Below, piece by piece: positions 26,201 to 35,262 of a stretch of 55,254 nucleotides of DNA (its first letter is position 1; every line of letters starts with the position of its first letter). Source of the stretch: Myxococcota bacterium (GTDB taxonomy: Bacteria > Myxococcota_C > UBA6777); contig JAKLKB010000050.1 in the NCBI GenBank assembly GCA_023150835.1, positions 1 to 55,254 on the forward strand, read 5' to 3'. Both the position numbers and the translations under genes were made by a program. Below the pieces are notes generated by a model. It was not told the DNA's origin, made no database searches, and saw only the letters and a list, made by a program, of their open reading frames with translations.

Positions 26201-26414
26201 CGGTGTAGCTTTCGGCGACACGAAGGTAGGCTTCGATGGCTTCGGGGATGTACTCTGCTTTGGCACAGAGATCGCCGAGCCGATGCATGAGCCGCATATT
26301 TTCGGGGTCTTTTTCGAGCGCGGTTTGGACTTCTTCGATAGCCGCGTCGTGTTGACCTTTACCACGAAAACGTTGGAATCGACCAAATAGAGTGGGGTTG
26401 GTTTTCTTCGCCAC
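23280..26414 (-). CDS. sgmX: Multi-TPR protein, SgmX-like type IVa pilus polar regulator
   Basis: GTG start, 1044 aa; N-terminal TPR array, acidic and Pro-rich linker, C-terminal TPRs (ETHFELGIAFHSMGL); lies downstream of pilQ-mglC-efp as in Myxococcus. Confidence 0.75.
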   Translation of the reverse strand: MAKKTNPTLFGRFQRFRGKGQHDAAIEEVQTALEKDPENMRLMHRLGDLCAKAEYIPEAIEAYLRVAESYTEDAHFQKALAVYKQILRLDENRVDVQLLLAEVFVSLDRRGDALSQYQNIAFLFEQQGDLPQSISVYQSMLSLDPHNIPLHVKLAELFLAQQDTQQATQEFEKALHELASQERWGDYLKVGERLLFIDPNNMEVLRKLSSIYLQQNEVMKAVAKLQIAYKHNRRDTETLELLIEAFTVLRQPPKALSVLQQLAEVYQNNQDILQARKTYERILALNPNDTNARQAYEELKRAPNPTQETSQPTRTSASLSSSSPGTPPAAKNQEHLEKLLAEAEVFQKYGLANRVLEKLQQLLTINARYGPARKMRAEILLAREDFAQAAEDLWVAAQNLPPVDALPCLERILEINEAPPQIQESAYQVLVRLRQQHPELLAEEIPQQVLEESFGDIPAISRPQEPESKDIAVEDDDVISVEDDIAIESEENDAVAVEDSDAISVEDDIAVESDDDDAISVEEDASDQTGQGLSTPASNFAPPKPPTFAPPPPPPPAPTFAPPPPKPTGFAPPPPAPTFAPPPPPPPAPTFAPPPPKPTGFAPPPPPAPPAPKPVGFTPPAPHFAARPAPSFAPPLPTVPPPKPAVLPKPTTSGGSSLDDLEAQAARLEAMIKAKEGDETPAPAPSAPAPRPEIPPAPWLDASPASQKIEAPPPPPPFGKAAEAPLPPPPFGKPTPPIPLPPTPFAAPAPPKPVAPSWATPVATSSLSAEPIEKDDEDLSTLDQPDDAKTPRPAQEEEFEELDEDLILEEQLSLVAEKLEEATLYLEQEEYAYALEIYDFILSEDPQNREALRGRDHALSALRDQEQELEKHLEQGANDILLDLDSALGFAENAPSQRARDRVAEEIKQFQQAVQQSVNEDEGETHFELGIAFHSMGLYSQAVEEFQICLRGGFRQADCYKMIGNSYAAQGKSRQSVEVYTKALELPSLDPHDRLDLLYEVAQAHEQDGNPQGALQYFEEVYMIDQSYRSVAARVQQLRSRLGI
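24607..24779. repeat. 93-bp-period in-frame duplication in the Pro-rich linker of the SgmX-like gene
   Basis: GAGCAAAGCCCGTCGGTTTGGGCGGAGGTGGGGCAAAGGTCGGCGCAGGGGGAGGCGG begins at both 24608 and 24701. Confidence 0.9.
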
Positions 26415-26621
26415 CTTGCGATCCTCACAATTGACTAGCGTTCAGCGTTGCGGTTTTTTCATGTCACATCTGTCCGCCTATGTCAAAGGACAGACGAAAC
26501 GGGCCACCGCAGGGAATGAATCAGGCGCGTTGAGCGAAAGGGCGCAGCCAAGTACAGCCGCGTCAAGGATACGGGTGAGCGCATGGTGTGGGGTGAGCCT
26601 CCATGCCTTCCATCACGCGGG

Positions 26622-27185
26622 TTATGCTTTGACGCGTTCGACGTATTCGCCTGTACGGGTATCGATGCGGATCACGTCGTTTTCTTCGACAAAGAGTGGG
26701 ACTTGCACGGTGGCACCTGTTTCGATATCTGCGGGTTTGGTGGCACCGCTTACCGTATCACCGCGCACACCGGGATCGGTTTTGGTGATCTTGAATTCGA
26801 TAAATGTCGGAAGTTCGATATCGATGGCGACGCCGTTGTAGAAGAGCAGATCGCAAGCTGTGTTTTCTTTGAGAAAACGTGTGGAGTCGCCGAGGTTTTC
26901 TGCGGGGACGTGGGTTTGTTCGTAGGTTTCCATGTCCATGAACACTTTGTCTTCGCCCTCAGCGTAGAGAAATTGCATTTTTTTGTTTTCGAGGTTGGGT
27001 ATCCCGACTTTTTCGCCGCTTTTGAAGGTTTTTTCGAGGTTGTTGCCTGTGAGCAGGTTTTTCAACCTTGTACGGACAAATGCGTTGCCTTTTCCGGGTT
27101 TTACGTGCTGGAAGTCGGTAATGTTGTAAGGTTCCCCATCGATCTCGATTTTGAGGCCCTTACGAAATTGGTTTGTCGAGTACAT
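26622..27185 (-). CDS. efp: Elongation factor P
   Basis: 187 aa from ATG 27185 with AAGGAG; HVKPGKGNAFVRT, PGVRGDT and DTRTGEYVERV. Confidence 0.97.
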   Translation of the reverse strand: MYSTNQFRKGLKIEIDGEPYNITDFQHVKPGKGNAFVRTRLKNLLTGNNLEKTFKSGEKVGIPNLENKKMQFLYAEGEDKVFMDMETYEQTHVPAENLGDSTRFLKENTACDLLFYNGVAIDIELPTFIEFKITKTDPGVRGDTVSGATKPADIETGATVQVPLFVEENDVIRIDTRTGEYVERVKA

Positions 27186-27389
27186 AGAAAGTTCTCCTTG
27201 GGGTAGAGGGGTGCAATGCAACGCGAGACGACAGGCGGCACCCACGATACAGAGAGGAGCGTCGAAACGCAAGATGCAAGTTGGAATAGTTGTTCGTCTT
27301 TGTATGAACAGGTTGATTGGTATGGAGATTTTTGATACGGGCAACAAAGACACGACAAGGGGAGAGCGAACTTGGCGGAAGGTTCGGTA

Positions 27390-27761
27390 TTAAGAAAGCA
27401 TCTCGCTGCGCAGGTGGTGGGAGGCCACACGCAGGAGATAGCGGCCTTTTCCGGTGTTTCCTTCGGGAGAGAGGGTAAGCAAGATAAAGTAGTCCTCTGT
27501 CAGGAAGCGAAAGATCGCGATCAGATGCTCTGAACGGATCAAAAATTCAAAAGGATCGCCGAAGTTGGCTTGGCGAGCGACGGTCATCATTTGATGGAAA
27601 AGGGCTGTATATTCGATGCCGAAGTGAGCCGAATCGAACGATACTTCGTGGTGTGGGTTGTGGTAAGCGTCGATGGCGAGGCCATCACGGCCCATTAAGA
27701 TACAAGCGATGCCGCCCTCGACGTGTTCTACGGCGCGCTGTAAAACCTGCTGAAAACCCAT
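27390..27761 (-). CDS. mglC: Roadblock/LC7 protein, MglC-like
   Basis: 123 aa; VEGGIACILMGRDGLAI and GNTGKGRYLLR motifs; located between the pilQ-linked lipoprotein gene and efp. Confidence 0.8.
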   Translation of the reverse strand: MGFQQVLQRAVEHVEGGIACILMGRDGLAIDAYHNPHHEVSFDSAHFGIEYTALFHQMMTVARQANFGDPFEFLIRSEHLIAIFRFLTEDYFILLTLSPEGNTGKGRYLLRVASHHLRSEMLS

Positions 27762-27884
27762 AGTATGCTCCACGTTTGTTTTGCGATACAACGAAAGAGA
27801 AAAAGTGCGGAGTGTTTCCAAAGAAAGGGGACGCGGATCAGTTACCACTTTCTGTTGCATATTTTCCGTTGAGTTCGACACATC

Positions 27885-28691
27885 TCAGTTACCACTTTCA
27901 GTTGCACATTTTCCGTTGAGTCCAGCGCATTTATCGAGTTTGGCTCCGTCAGGGAGAACGCATCCCGAACAGCCCTTGCAGACCGTCACGGGGATGCGCA
28001 ATATGCTGGTTTCCACTTTTGAACCCCATCCCGTTGTGCCGAAGGCTTGGATGTTGAGAATCATCTCGAAGCTTTGGGAACCTGAATTGAGTTCTTGGGC
28101 GTTGATGATGGCGCTGGCCATGGTGGGAGGCATAAAGGAGTCGAGCAGCTTGTCGGAAGCGGTGTTGGGATCTTGGTTGATGACTGTCCCTTGTCCGCCC
28201 CCAGTGGTGTTCGCTTGGATCTTGGGTTCGATGCGGAAATACACTTTTTGTTCGAGGGGAGAGCCTTTGGGGAGCAGGTTGGTGTCTTGGGGGAGTGTAA
28301 AATTGCTTGGATATTCGTAAAAGTACACAATGCGGTCGATCAGAACAAAGTTGCTTTCAGGGATCAATCGTGAAGAATCGCTGCTGAAGGCGAGTTGGCT
28401 AAAAACACGCAAGATCAAAGGAAGCCGAGGCGCGAGTTGGATAACCGTTGTGGGGTTGCCTGTCGCGTCAAGTTTCGTGGCTTGGAGGTCGATGACGACG
28501 CGTGTTGAGGAAACGTTGCTTGTTCCCCCGGCCGTGTCGCTACAAACCAGCGGATTACCCCATTGGAGGCTGAGAGGGACGGGTTGACAGGCTGAGATTT
28601 GTGCTGCGCTCAGGGCCAAAAAGGCTACACAAAATGCGGTCCATCGCCAAGATGCGGGGCGCAAGCGCGAAGAGGTCGTTGTTGGTTTCAT
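27885..28691 (-). CDS. Hypothetical lipoprotein translationally coupled to pilQ
   Basis: Signal ending ISAC; ATGA overlap with the pilQ stop; C-terminal VTVCKGCSGC...C...C. Confidence 0.75.
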   Translation of the reverse strand: MKPTTTSSRLRPASWRWTAFCVAFLALSAAQISACQPVPLSLQWGNPLVCSDTAGGTSNVSSTRVVIDLQATKLDATGNPTTVIQLAPRLPLILRVFSQLAFSSDSSRLIPESNFVLIDRIVYFYEYPSNFTLPQDTNLLPKGSPLEQKVYFRIEPKIQANTTGGGQGTVINQDPNTASDKLLDSFMPPTMASAIINAQELNSGSQSFEMILNIQAFGTTGWGSKVETSILRIPVTVCKGCSGCVLPDGAKLDKCAGLNGKCATESGN

Positions 28692-31306
28692 GATCCTTGT
28701 CTTCCTCCGAGCGTTTTGGCGCGGTTGATAATGCGAGGAGTTACGAAGATCAACAGTTCCGCGCGGTCGTCGTTGTAGGTGTAGTTTTTAAACAATGCCC
28801 CCAAGATGGGGATGCTTCCTAGAAAAGGGACGCGGTTTTCGCTTGCGCCGGTACGGCGGGAATAAATTCCACCGATGACCATGGTTTCGCCATCTTTGAT
28901 CAGCATGTTGGTGCGTGCCGTTTTGGTCGAGATCGCAGGTCCGCTTGCTCCACCCCGCGAAAAGTCGGGAGCGTTGTTGGTGACGTTCATCGTCAAGAAC
29001 ACCGAGCCGTCTGTGGTGACCTGCGGCGTCACTTGAAGGCTGAGCGTTGCCGCAACAAATTGAACGTTGGTTCCCGCAGCTGAAGCTGTGGAGAAAGGAA
29101 TCTGAAGTCCTTGTTGGATGTTGGCGGCCATATTGTGGAGCGTGACGATCTTGGGGGCGGAGATGATCTTGACGTCCCCTGCGGACTCTGCAGCGCTCAA
29201 GCGCAAACTGAGATCAAAAGCGCCCGTTAGGCTACCAAAGAAAAAGTTCACCGCTGTACCCCGGCCCCGCCCGGTGGATGCAGGAAAGTTGACGATGTAG
29301 TTGGGAGTTCCAAACGTTCCTTCTGCGCCGCCACCACCCTGATCAGGAACCCCGCCTCGGATGCCGACGGGGTTGGGAAAGAGCAAGCCCGTTGAATTTC
29401 CGGTGAGGGGGCTAAAGAGCAAACTTCCGCCCCATTGGATACCAAATTGCTGTTCAAAGTTGACGTTGGCTTCGACGATACGGGCTTCGATCAACACTTG
29501 CGGGGTTTGGGTATCAAGGCTGCGAACAAGTCCTTCGGCGCGCAAGAGAAAAGGGACAAAGTCTTTGACCACGAGGACGTTGGTGCGCGTGTCGATCGTC
29601 ACTTGTCCTCTGGGGCTGAGGACGTTTCGGACTTGTTGGGCCATGGCGGGGGCTTGGGCATAGTTGACGGGGATCAGTCGAATTTTTTGGGGTTGTGCAA
29701 GCAAGCGAGTGCGCAAAAGGCGTTGTCGTTGTTCGGATTCTTGACGCAGTTCATCAAGAGTGGCGATACGCAGGATGTTGCCCTCTTTTTCTTGCCCAAG
29801 CTTGAGCGTTTTAAGAACGATATCAAAGGCTTGATCCCAAGGGACATTGCGTAGTTTGAGGCTGACTCGACCTTTTACTGCATCCGAAGTGATGATATTG
29901 AGTCCGCTGATTTCCGCGAAGAGGTTCAACAAGTTATGGATTTCTGTTTTGCGAAAATACATCGAGATTCGGCGGCCAGTATAACGCTTTTGAGGTCGTT
30001 GTCGTGCAAGTGTCGCGAGGACATCTGAAGACATCGGATCACCTGTTGCGCCGCCTCCGGTCGCTTGTCCGACTTGTTTGGGGTGGTAGGTGATGCGGTA
30101 ATTGCTGGTTTGTGAAGAAGAGGCTTGTGGCGGGATGGGGAAGCGCCATTGGAGAGTGTCTTGTTCGAGATGGATGGTACTGCGGGCGTGTTGTGTGAGT
30201 TGAGCGATCAGGCGCACGCCGCGCTTGGTTGGCATGAAATCGATTTTTTGGAGAATGCCACGAAATTCGGACGTATCGATCGGCTGCTTGAGTCGAGGCG
30301 GAAGGCCGATCCCTCCGAGATCCAGCGTTACAAGGAGGCCGTTGTGACGGAGTTTGGCTTGGGGAGGGAGGCCACGAAAGCGCAACATCACGATCGAAGT
30401 GGTCGTGGTTTCGCCAAAACCGATATCATCAAGTTGGCGGGGCTGCTTCGCGCTGTGGGATAGATCTCGTGCGTAAGCGCGAATCATGGGCTTATTGGAG
30501 CGTGTAAACAAGAGTTGAAAGCGATTTTCGGTTTGTTCGATCCGAAAAGTCGGCACAGGCTGTTTGTTGCAGCTCTCAAGGACTATCCGAACTTTTTTAG
30601 CGTACCGACCAAAGCGAACGCGGCGAACAGGAAACGAACGGCAATCGAGGGTGTGCGCTTGTCGCGGTGCGTTTCGGACCCCGTAAAGGTCCACAACGGC
30701 ACGCAAGGAGCGACGAAGTGCAAGTGTTTTGTAGCGTTGCACGGTCCCGCTGGTTTGAAAAGAGAGCACGTCTTCTTGGCTGCGTTTGAGATCGAGTTGA
30801 ACGGTGTTTAGGGTTGTGGAGCGAACAGACAGGCTCGGTGGAGGGGCAACAGATCGACGCCCAAAAGCACGCAAAGAAGAAGCGGAAGTCTTCCCCGTCA
30901 ATACGACGTGTAACCGTTGTTTTTTTCGCAATACACGCCAAGCGAGCGGCTGGCGCAGGAATAAAATAACGCGGTGGATCGGTTCCTCGACACTCTCGAG
31001 AAATTGAACCTGCACAGAACGCAAGGGGCCGTCCGCGATGGTATAATGACCTTGTAGGTGTTTGGCTCCGAGACCTTTCACATCCAAAACCAAGCGGAGA
31101 GGATGGGTCAGATGGAAAGAGGTGTAACGAAGCTCGCGGATACCCTCAAGAACCAGAAGCGTCTGTTGGGAGCGATTCTCCAGCGAGAGCTTGGCGCGTT
31201 GAAGGGGGACAGGTGGAGATGCAAACGTGTTGAGGGAACAGAGGGCATAGAGCGCGAGGGCTAGGGGCGCGATGAACTCTGGCCGCTTCCACAACTTCCT
31301 CTTCAT
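28688..31306 (-). CDS. pilQ: Type IV pilus secretin PilQ with N-terminal AMIN domains
   Basis: RLVLDV/RAVVDL AMIN-like segments, YTGRRISM, NVPWDQA, QVLIEARIVE, VPFLGSIPILGALF and ELLIFVTPRI. Confidence 0.95.
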   Translation of the reverse strand: MKRKLWKRPEFIAPLALALYALCSLNTFASPPVPLQRAKLSLENRSQQTLLVLEGIRELRYTSFHLTHPLRLVLDVKGLGAKHLQGHYTIADGPLRSVQVQFLESVEEPIHRVILFLRQPLAWRVLRKKQRLHVVLTGKTSASSLRAFGRRSVAPPPSLSVRSTTLNTVQLDLKRSQEDVLSFQTSGTVQRYKTLALRRSLRAVVDLYGVRNAPRQAHTLDCRSFPVRRVRFGRYAKKVRIVLESCNKQPVPTFRIEQTENRFQLLFTRSNKPMIRAYARDLSHSAKQPRQLDDIGFGETTTTSIVMLRFRGLPPQAKLRHNGLLVTLDLGGIGLPPRLKQPIDTSEFRGILQKIDFMPTKRGVRLIAQLTQHARSTIHLEQDTLQWRFPIPPQASSSQTSNYRITYHPKQVGQATGGGATGDPMSSDVLATLARQRPQKRYTGRRISMYFRKTEIHNLLNLFAEISGLNIITSDAVKGRVSLKLRNVPWDQAFDIVLKTLKLGQEKEGNILRIATLDELRQESEQRQRLLRTRLLAQPQKIRLIPVNYAQAPAMAQQVRNVLSPRGQVTIDTRTNVLVVKDFVPFLLRAEGLVRSLDTQTPQVLIEARIVEANVNFEQQFGIQWGGSLLFSPLTGNSTGLLFPNPVGIRGGVPDQGGGGAEGTFGTPNYIVNFPASTGRGRGTAVNFFFGSLTGAFDLSLRLSAAESAGDVKIISAPKIVTLHNMAANIQQGLQIPFSTASAAGTNVQFVAATLSLQVTPQVTTDGSVFLTMNVTNNAPDFSRGGASGPAISTKTARTNMLIKDGETMVIGGIYSRRTGASENRVPFLGSIPILGALFKNYTYNDDRAELLIFVTPRIINRAKTLGGRQGS

Positions 31307-31468
31307 CAAATAAAGTCTCCTCTAGGAGAGGGCGCAAACATTCCTCATGATGGGAGGAAATTACGCCCACAGGTTGAAAAACAAAGAAGGGGGAGAAGTT
31401 CTTGGTATATCTTCTCGCTTGCCCCTATTGGATGTGTTTTGCGTTCAAAGAGCGAAAACGTGAGCTGC

Positions 31469-32167
31469 TTACTCGATACCTGCGCCACTTTGGCGAAATA
31501 GGCGTTTGGTTCGGCTGCGGGCGTCTGTTGCTGTTTGATCGGTCGTGGTTTGTCCATCGCTGCCGAGGAGGATCTTGCGCCCCCCGATCTCGACGGAGCC
31601 TTCGATCTTTTGCTCCTTGCGGCGAATTCGAAGTGTTACGAGGTTGACGATACGTTTTCCTGTGACGTCTCGGTAGATTTCCGAAACGGTGATGCTATCG
31701 GGATAAATGCGTGTGATCCTGCCGCCGTTGCGACCGACCAATGTTCCGCGTCGGGCGATATATCCGCGATTTCCGTCGGGAACCTCGATCATCGCCATCG
31801 GGTTGGCTACACCGGTAATGGTTGCGACAACGCGCAAGGCGTCCAATTCGTAGCGTTCGAGAGGGGTGAGCACCCGCTTGGGGAGTAACGCAGGCGTTGG
31901 AGCAGGTATGCCGGAAGCCGCTTGGGTTTGGGGGGTAGGAGTGTTCTCTCGGTTGGAAACATGGTGCGAACGAAAAGGATCGCGTTTTTTGACGGGCGAG
32001 TACACAAACTTGACGGTTGTTTGGGGCGCGATGGGCTTGGCTCGCTCGATTGGCTTCATGGGAGGTGGGCGGTATTCTTCGTCGAATTGGGCGCGAAGGT
32101 CGTCGTTGCAGCCAAGAAGCGTCCAACTGAGAGAAACAAAAAGAGTCCATCGAAAGATTGATTTCAT
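31469..32167 (-). CDS. pilP: PilP lipoprotein
   Basis: Lipobox LLGC, YSPVKKRDPF, PLERYEL and VGRNGGRI; operon position. Confidence 0.92.
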   Translation of the reverse strand: MKSIFRWTLFVSLSWTLLGCNDDLRAQFDEEYRPPPMKPIERAKPIAPQTTVKFVYSPVKKRDPFRSHHVSNRENTPTPQTQAASGIPAPTPALLPKRVLTPLERYELDALRVVATITGVANPMAMIEVPDGNRGYIARRGTLVGRNGGRITRIYPDSITVSEIYRDVTGKRIVNLVTLRIRRKEQKIEGSVEIGGRKILLGSDGQTTTDQTATDARSRTKRLFRQSGAGIE

Positions 32168-32257
32168 TAGGCTTCTCCACACGGAGATGTTTTGGACCAC
32201 GTTACACAAGAGAGCGCAGGGTGTCTAATTCTGTGCGCGTGGTGGTTTGCATAGCGC

Positions 32258-32848
32258 TCAACGTTTTTGGGGTGCTTTCTGCTGTTCGATGTACCGGTAG
32301 GTGGTCAACAGAAAGGAGGATTGCAAAAGGATTTTTTGGTTTCGCAGACGGGGTGTATTGAAGTCAAAGTTGGAGACACTCACGATGCGATCGAGATGGC
32401 TGACTTTGTCAAAGAAGACCATCAGTTCGTAAAAGGTACCCGAAGCGCGCATCTGTGTGGGGACTTCTTCGTAGTAAGTTTTGCGAAGAGGGCGTGAGGG
32501 GTTGAACAGGGTGATCTCAAGCCCAGATTTGTTCGCGAGATCGTCGATCTTTCGGAGAAGGTTTGGGATTTCGCTGGCGGTCGGAAGCAGCGTGCGCACT
32601 TTTTTACGTTCTTCTTCGAGTCGTTTGACTTCTTCTTTCCACAACGGGAGGTTTTGAGCCGTTGTTTGGAACTGCGTACGTTGTTGTCGCTTTTGTTTAA
32701 AGGTCGACAAGAGTGCGCGGTATTTGATCTCTTGTTCTTGGTAGTACATGAAGTAGTAAGCAGCGATCGCAAGGCCCCAAAGGAAGACCAACGCAAAGGT
32801 TTTGATCGCGATATGGAGATTGGTCCATTGTTCCATGATTTGGTTCAT
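32258..32848 (-). CDS. pilO: PilO
   Basis: TM helix plus coiled coil, LLPTASEIPNLL, GTFYEL...LDRIV; operon position. Confidence 0.93.
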   Translation of the reverse strand: MNQIMEQWTNLHIAIKTFALVFLWGLAIAAYYFMYYQEQEIKYRALLSTFKQKRQQRTQFQTTAQNLPLWKEEVKRLEEERKKVRTLLPTASEIPNLLRKIDDLANKSGLEITLFNPSRPLRKTYYEEVPTQMRASGTFYELMVFFDKVSHLDRIVSVSNFDFNTPRLRNQKILLQSSFLLTTYRYIEQQKAPQKR

Positions 32849-32875
32849 GCGTAATTCCTCGCGGTGGGAGTGGAC

Positions 32876-33457
32876 TCAAGAAGCGCTGCCGATGCGGCAG
32901 TTGAAGCGAAATTCAACGACCGTCTCGCTCTGGCTCATGCCCTCGGCACGAAAATCTCGGCGCATGGTGCTGAGCAGGTTGACGTTTGTGATAAAAGGAG
33001 AGGCTTCAAGGTATTTCAGAAAGTTGGCAACCCATTCGTTTGTTTCTGCGAAACCAGCGATCGATACATCGTTTCCGCGACTTTGCATGATGTTTGTTAG
33101 CCACACTTTTTTGGGGATACGGATGCTGATCTCGTCAAGGAAACGAACAGGCCCGCGACGAGAGTTATTGAGATCTTGGATGATCTTAAGTTGTCGCTCC
33201 AGTTCTGCTTTTTGTCGTTTGTATTCTTCGATCAGCTTGATTGCTTCTTGGAGGCGCTTGATAGCGGCGTCTTCTTGGCGGATTTTGTCTTCTGCGTAAA
33301 GCAGACGGGCTTCAAAGTCGCTCCAGTAGAAATAAACGGCGGGCAGGCTGCTGATTGCGAGCAAGAAAAAGATCACCAAGCTGATCATCGCACCGATGTT
33401 TCCGCCGCCACCGCTACTGCTTGTGGATTTCGTTGGGAGTAAGTTGATCCGAATCAT
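32876..33457 (-). CDS. pilN: PilN
   Basis: MIRINLLP motif, TM helix, IPKKVWLT, LEASPF. Confidence 0.94.
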   Translation of the reverse strand: MIRINLLPTKSTSSSGGGGNIGAMISLVIFFLLAISSLPAVYFYWSDFEARLLYAEDKIRQEDAAIKRLQEAIKLIEEYKRQKAELERQLKIIQDLNNSRRGPVRFLDEISIRIPKKVWLTNIMQSRGNDVSIAGFAETNEWVANFLKYLEASPFITNVNLLSTMRRDFRAEGMSQSETVVEFRFNCRIGSAS

Positions 33458-34521
33458 CGTTCTGCCGTTCTCCTTAATGCGAGACCTGTCGCGACGGTGG
33501 CCATAGGGGCGACTTCGCGAAGATATTCCAAGTTGAAGCGGTTTCCATCAACTTCAATGTTCTTGAAGGGATTGATGATCTCCACAGGCACGCCGAGTTT
33601 TTGTTCAATGATGCGGTACAGCGAAGGTACTTTTGCGGTTCCACCACTGAGATAAATGCGGGAGATGGGGCCTTCTGCACTATTGGCAGAATAAAAGTCA
33701 AGAGAGCGTTGGATTTCTGCTGCGACGTTCTCAGAGACACCATACATCACGCGCTCGACTTCTTGAGGAACAACCGCGTCGGAGTCCGCTCCAAGATCGC
33801 CCCCTGCTTTAAGTGTTTCAGCCTCGTCATAAGAGACATCGAGGTGTTTTTGAAGTTCTTCGGTGTATTGGTTTCCGCCAAGCGGCGAGATATCGCGGGT
33901 AAACATGGTGATGCCGCCTGCGATAATGTTCACATTGGTGACACTTGCGCCGATGTTGATCAAGGCGAGGGTTTCGGTGAGGGGGACTTCGTAATTGATC
34001 TCGAATTGGTTTTGGACGGAAAAGCAATCCACATCCACAACACGCGGCGTGAGGCCGACTTCTTTGATGACTTCGAGGTAATCATTGACGACATCTTTTT
34101 TGGCTGCCACAAGCAAGACGTCCATTTGGTTGGAGTCGGGGCTTGCTTCGCGGAGGATCTCGAAATCAAGGTATACATCGTTGAGATCAAAAGGAATATA
34201 TTGTTCTGCTTCCCACTGGATCGAGTCGCGGAGTTCTTCTGCTTTCATGGGAGGCAGGGAGATTTTTCGGATGATGACCGAATGTCCGCTTACGGAGATC
34301 GCGACTTCGCGGCCTTTGACACGATGGGATTCAAAGAGTTCTCGCAACGCATCTGCGACGGTGTTGGAGGCGATAAGTGCGCCGTCTACGATCGTTTCAG
34401 GCGGCAGATAAGCGAGACCAAAATTGACAAGCTGGTAGTTTCGTCGTCCTTCGCGCACCTGACAGAACTTGATGCTACTGGTTCCGATATCCAGCCCGAT
34501 CAAAAGTTTTCCCTTGGCCAT
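33454..34521 (-). CDS. pilM: PilM (actin-like)
   Basis: GLDIGTSSIK, WEAEQYIPF, EIQRSLDFY, LSGGTA and GLALR; start at ATG 34521. Confidence 0.96.
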   Translation of the reverse strand: MAKGKLLIGLDIGTSSIKFCQVREGRRNYQLVNFGLAYLPPETIVDGALIASNTVADALRELFESHRVKGREVAISVSGHSVIIRKISLPPMKAEELRDSIQWEAEQYIPFDLNDVYLDFEILREASPDSNQMDVLLVAAKKDVVNDYLEVIKEVGLTPRVVDVDCFSVQNQFEINYEVPLTETLALINIGASVTNVNIIAGGITMFTRDISPLGGNQYTEELQKHLDVSYDEAETLKAGGDLGADSDAVVPQEVERVMYGVSENVAAEIQRSLDFYSANSAEGPISRIYLSGGTAKVPSLYRIIEQKLGVPVEIINPFKNIEVDGNRFNLEYLREVAPMATVATGLALRRTAER

Positions 34522-34645
34522 GTTTGTTTTTCTCCCTTGTCGGGGCCCTGTGCCAGATGATCTGGCGGTGTTTTGCTGGGAATTGCCGGCGTAGATTGCT
34601 TTGGATGGAAGCATCCTGTCAAGATGCAGCCTCTTTCAAGTTGCC

Positions 34646-34954
34646 TTATTCTTCGTTTAGATCCAAGAAAACCTTTCGCCTTTCGGAAAGCTTTAGTCCA
34701 AGCGCAAGGAGGATCTTTCGTTTGGTGTCCATGCGGCAAGGATTCCCACGCTCTATGCGATCGATGGTGAGCGCGGAGAGTCCTGCTTTGCGTGCGAGTT
34801 CAGCTTTGCTCATCAGCATGGCTTCTCGCAATCTTTGGACATTATTTTGAGATGCCAAAGATTCGGGATTCTCGTCCGTCTTAGTGGCTCGGCTTGGCTG
34901 ATCTTCAACCGTGATCTCGTGGAAGGTGGTGTGGTTGTGTTGTTTATTCATCAT
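34646..34954 (-). CDS. XRE-family HTH protein upstream of pilM
   Basis: NNVQRLREAMLMSKAELARKAGLSALTIDRIERG...TKRKILLALG; exact start uncertain. Confidence 0.85.
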   Translation of the reverse strand: MMNKQHNHTTFHEITVEDQPSRATKTDENPESLASQNNVQRLREAMLMSKAELARKAGLSALTIDRIERGNPCRMDTKRKILLALGLKLSERRKVFLDLNEE

Positions 34955-35209
34955 GTCGCTCGTGAGACCCGACCGCTTTACGTTTTGGAAAAGCATCAGT
35001 GATCGTAGGTTTTGGTTTTCGGCCAACCAAGAAGGTTTGTGTAAAAGACAGTCAGGCACGTACTTTGTTGGTGTTAAGGGTCGCGCACACAAGTCTGGGA
35101 GTGTCGCCATCAGTGACGGCGCGAAGTGATCGTGCAGGGAAAATGCGCCAAAGTCAAGCGTGAATCCGATTTTTGAGATATACTTATCAAAAGTTTGCGT
35201 TAATTGAGG

Positions 35210-35243
35210 TATAATTAACCAATGAATTGTGATACAAGTCACG
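35210..35243 (+). promoter_or_regulatory. TATAAT box followed by a CRP/FNR- or Rex-like dyad
   Basis: TATAAT at 35210-35215; TGTGA-TACAAG-TCACG at 35228-35243 (9/10 to TGTGA-N6-TCACA), within an AT-rich divergent interval. Confidence 0.45.
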
Positions 35244-35262
35244 ATTATTTTTGGAGGGTGGC

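Noticed and set aside
35161-35250. AT-rich divergent interval as oriC
   Set aside because: No convincing TTATCCACA boxes and no dnaA/dnaN/gidA neighbours; better explained as a promoter region.
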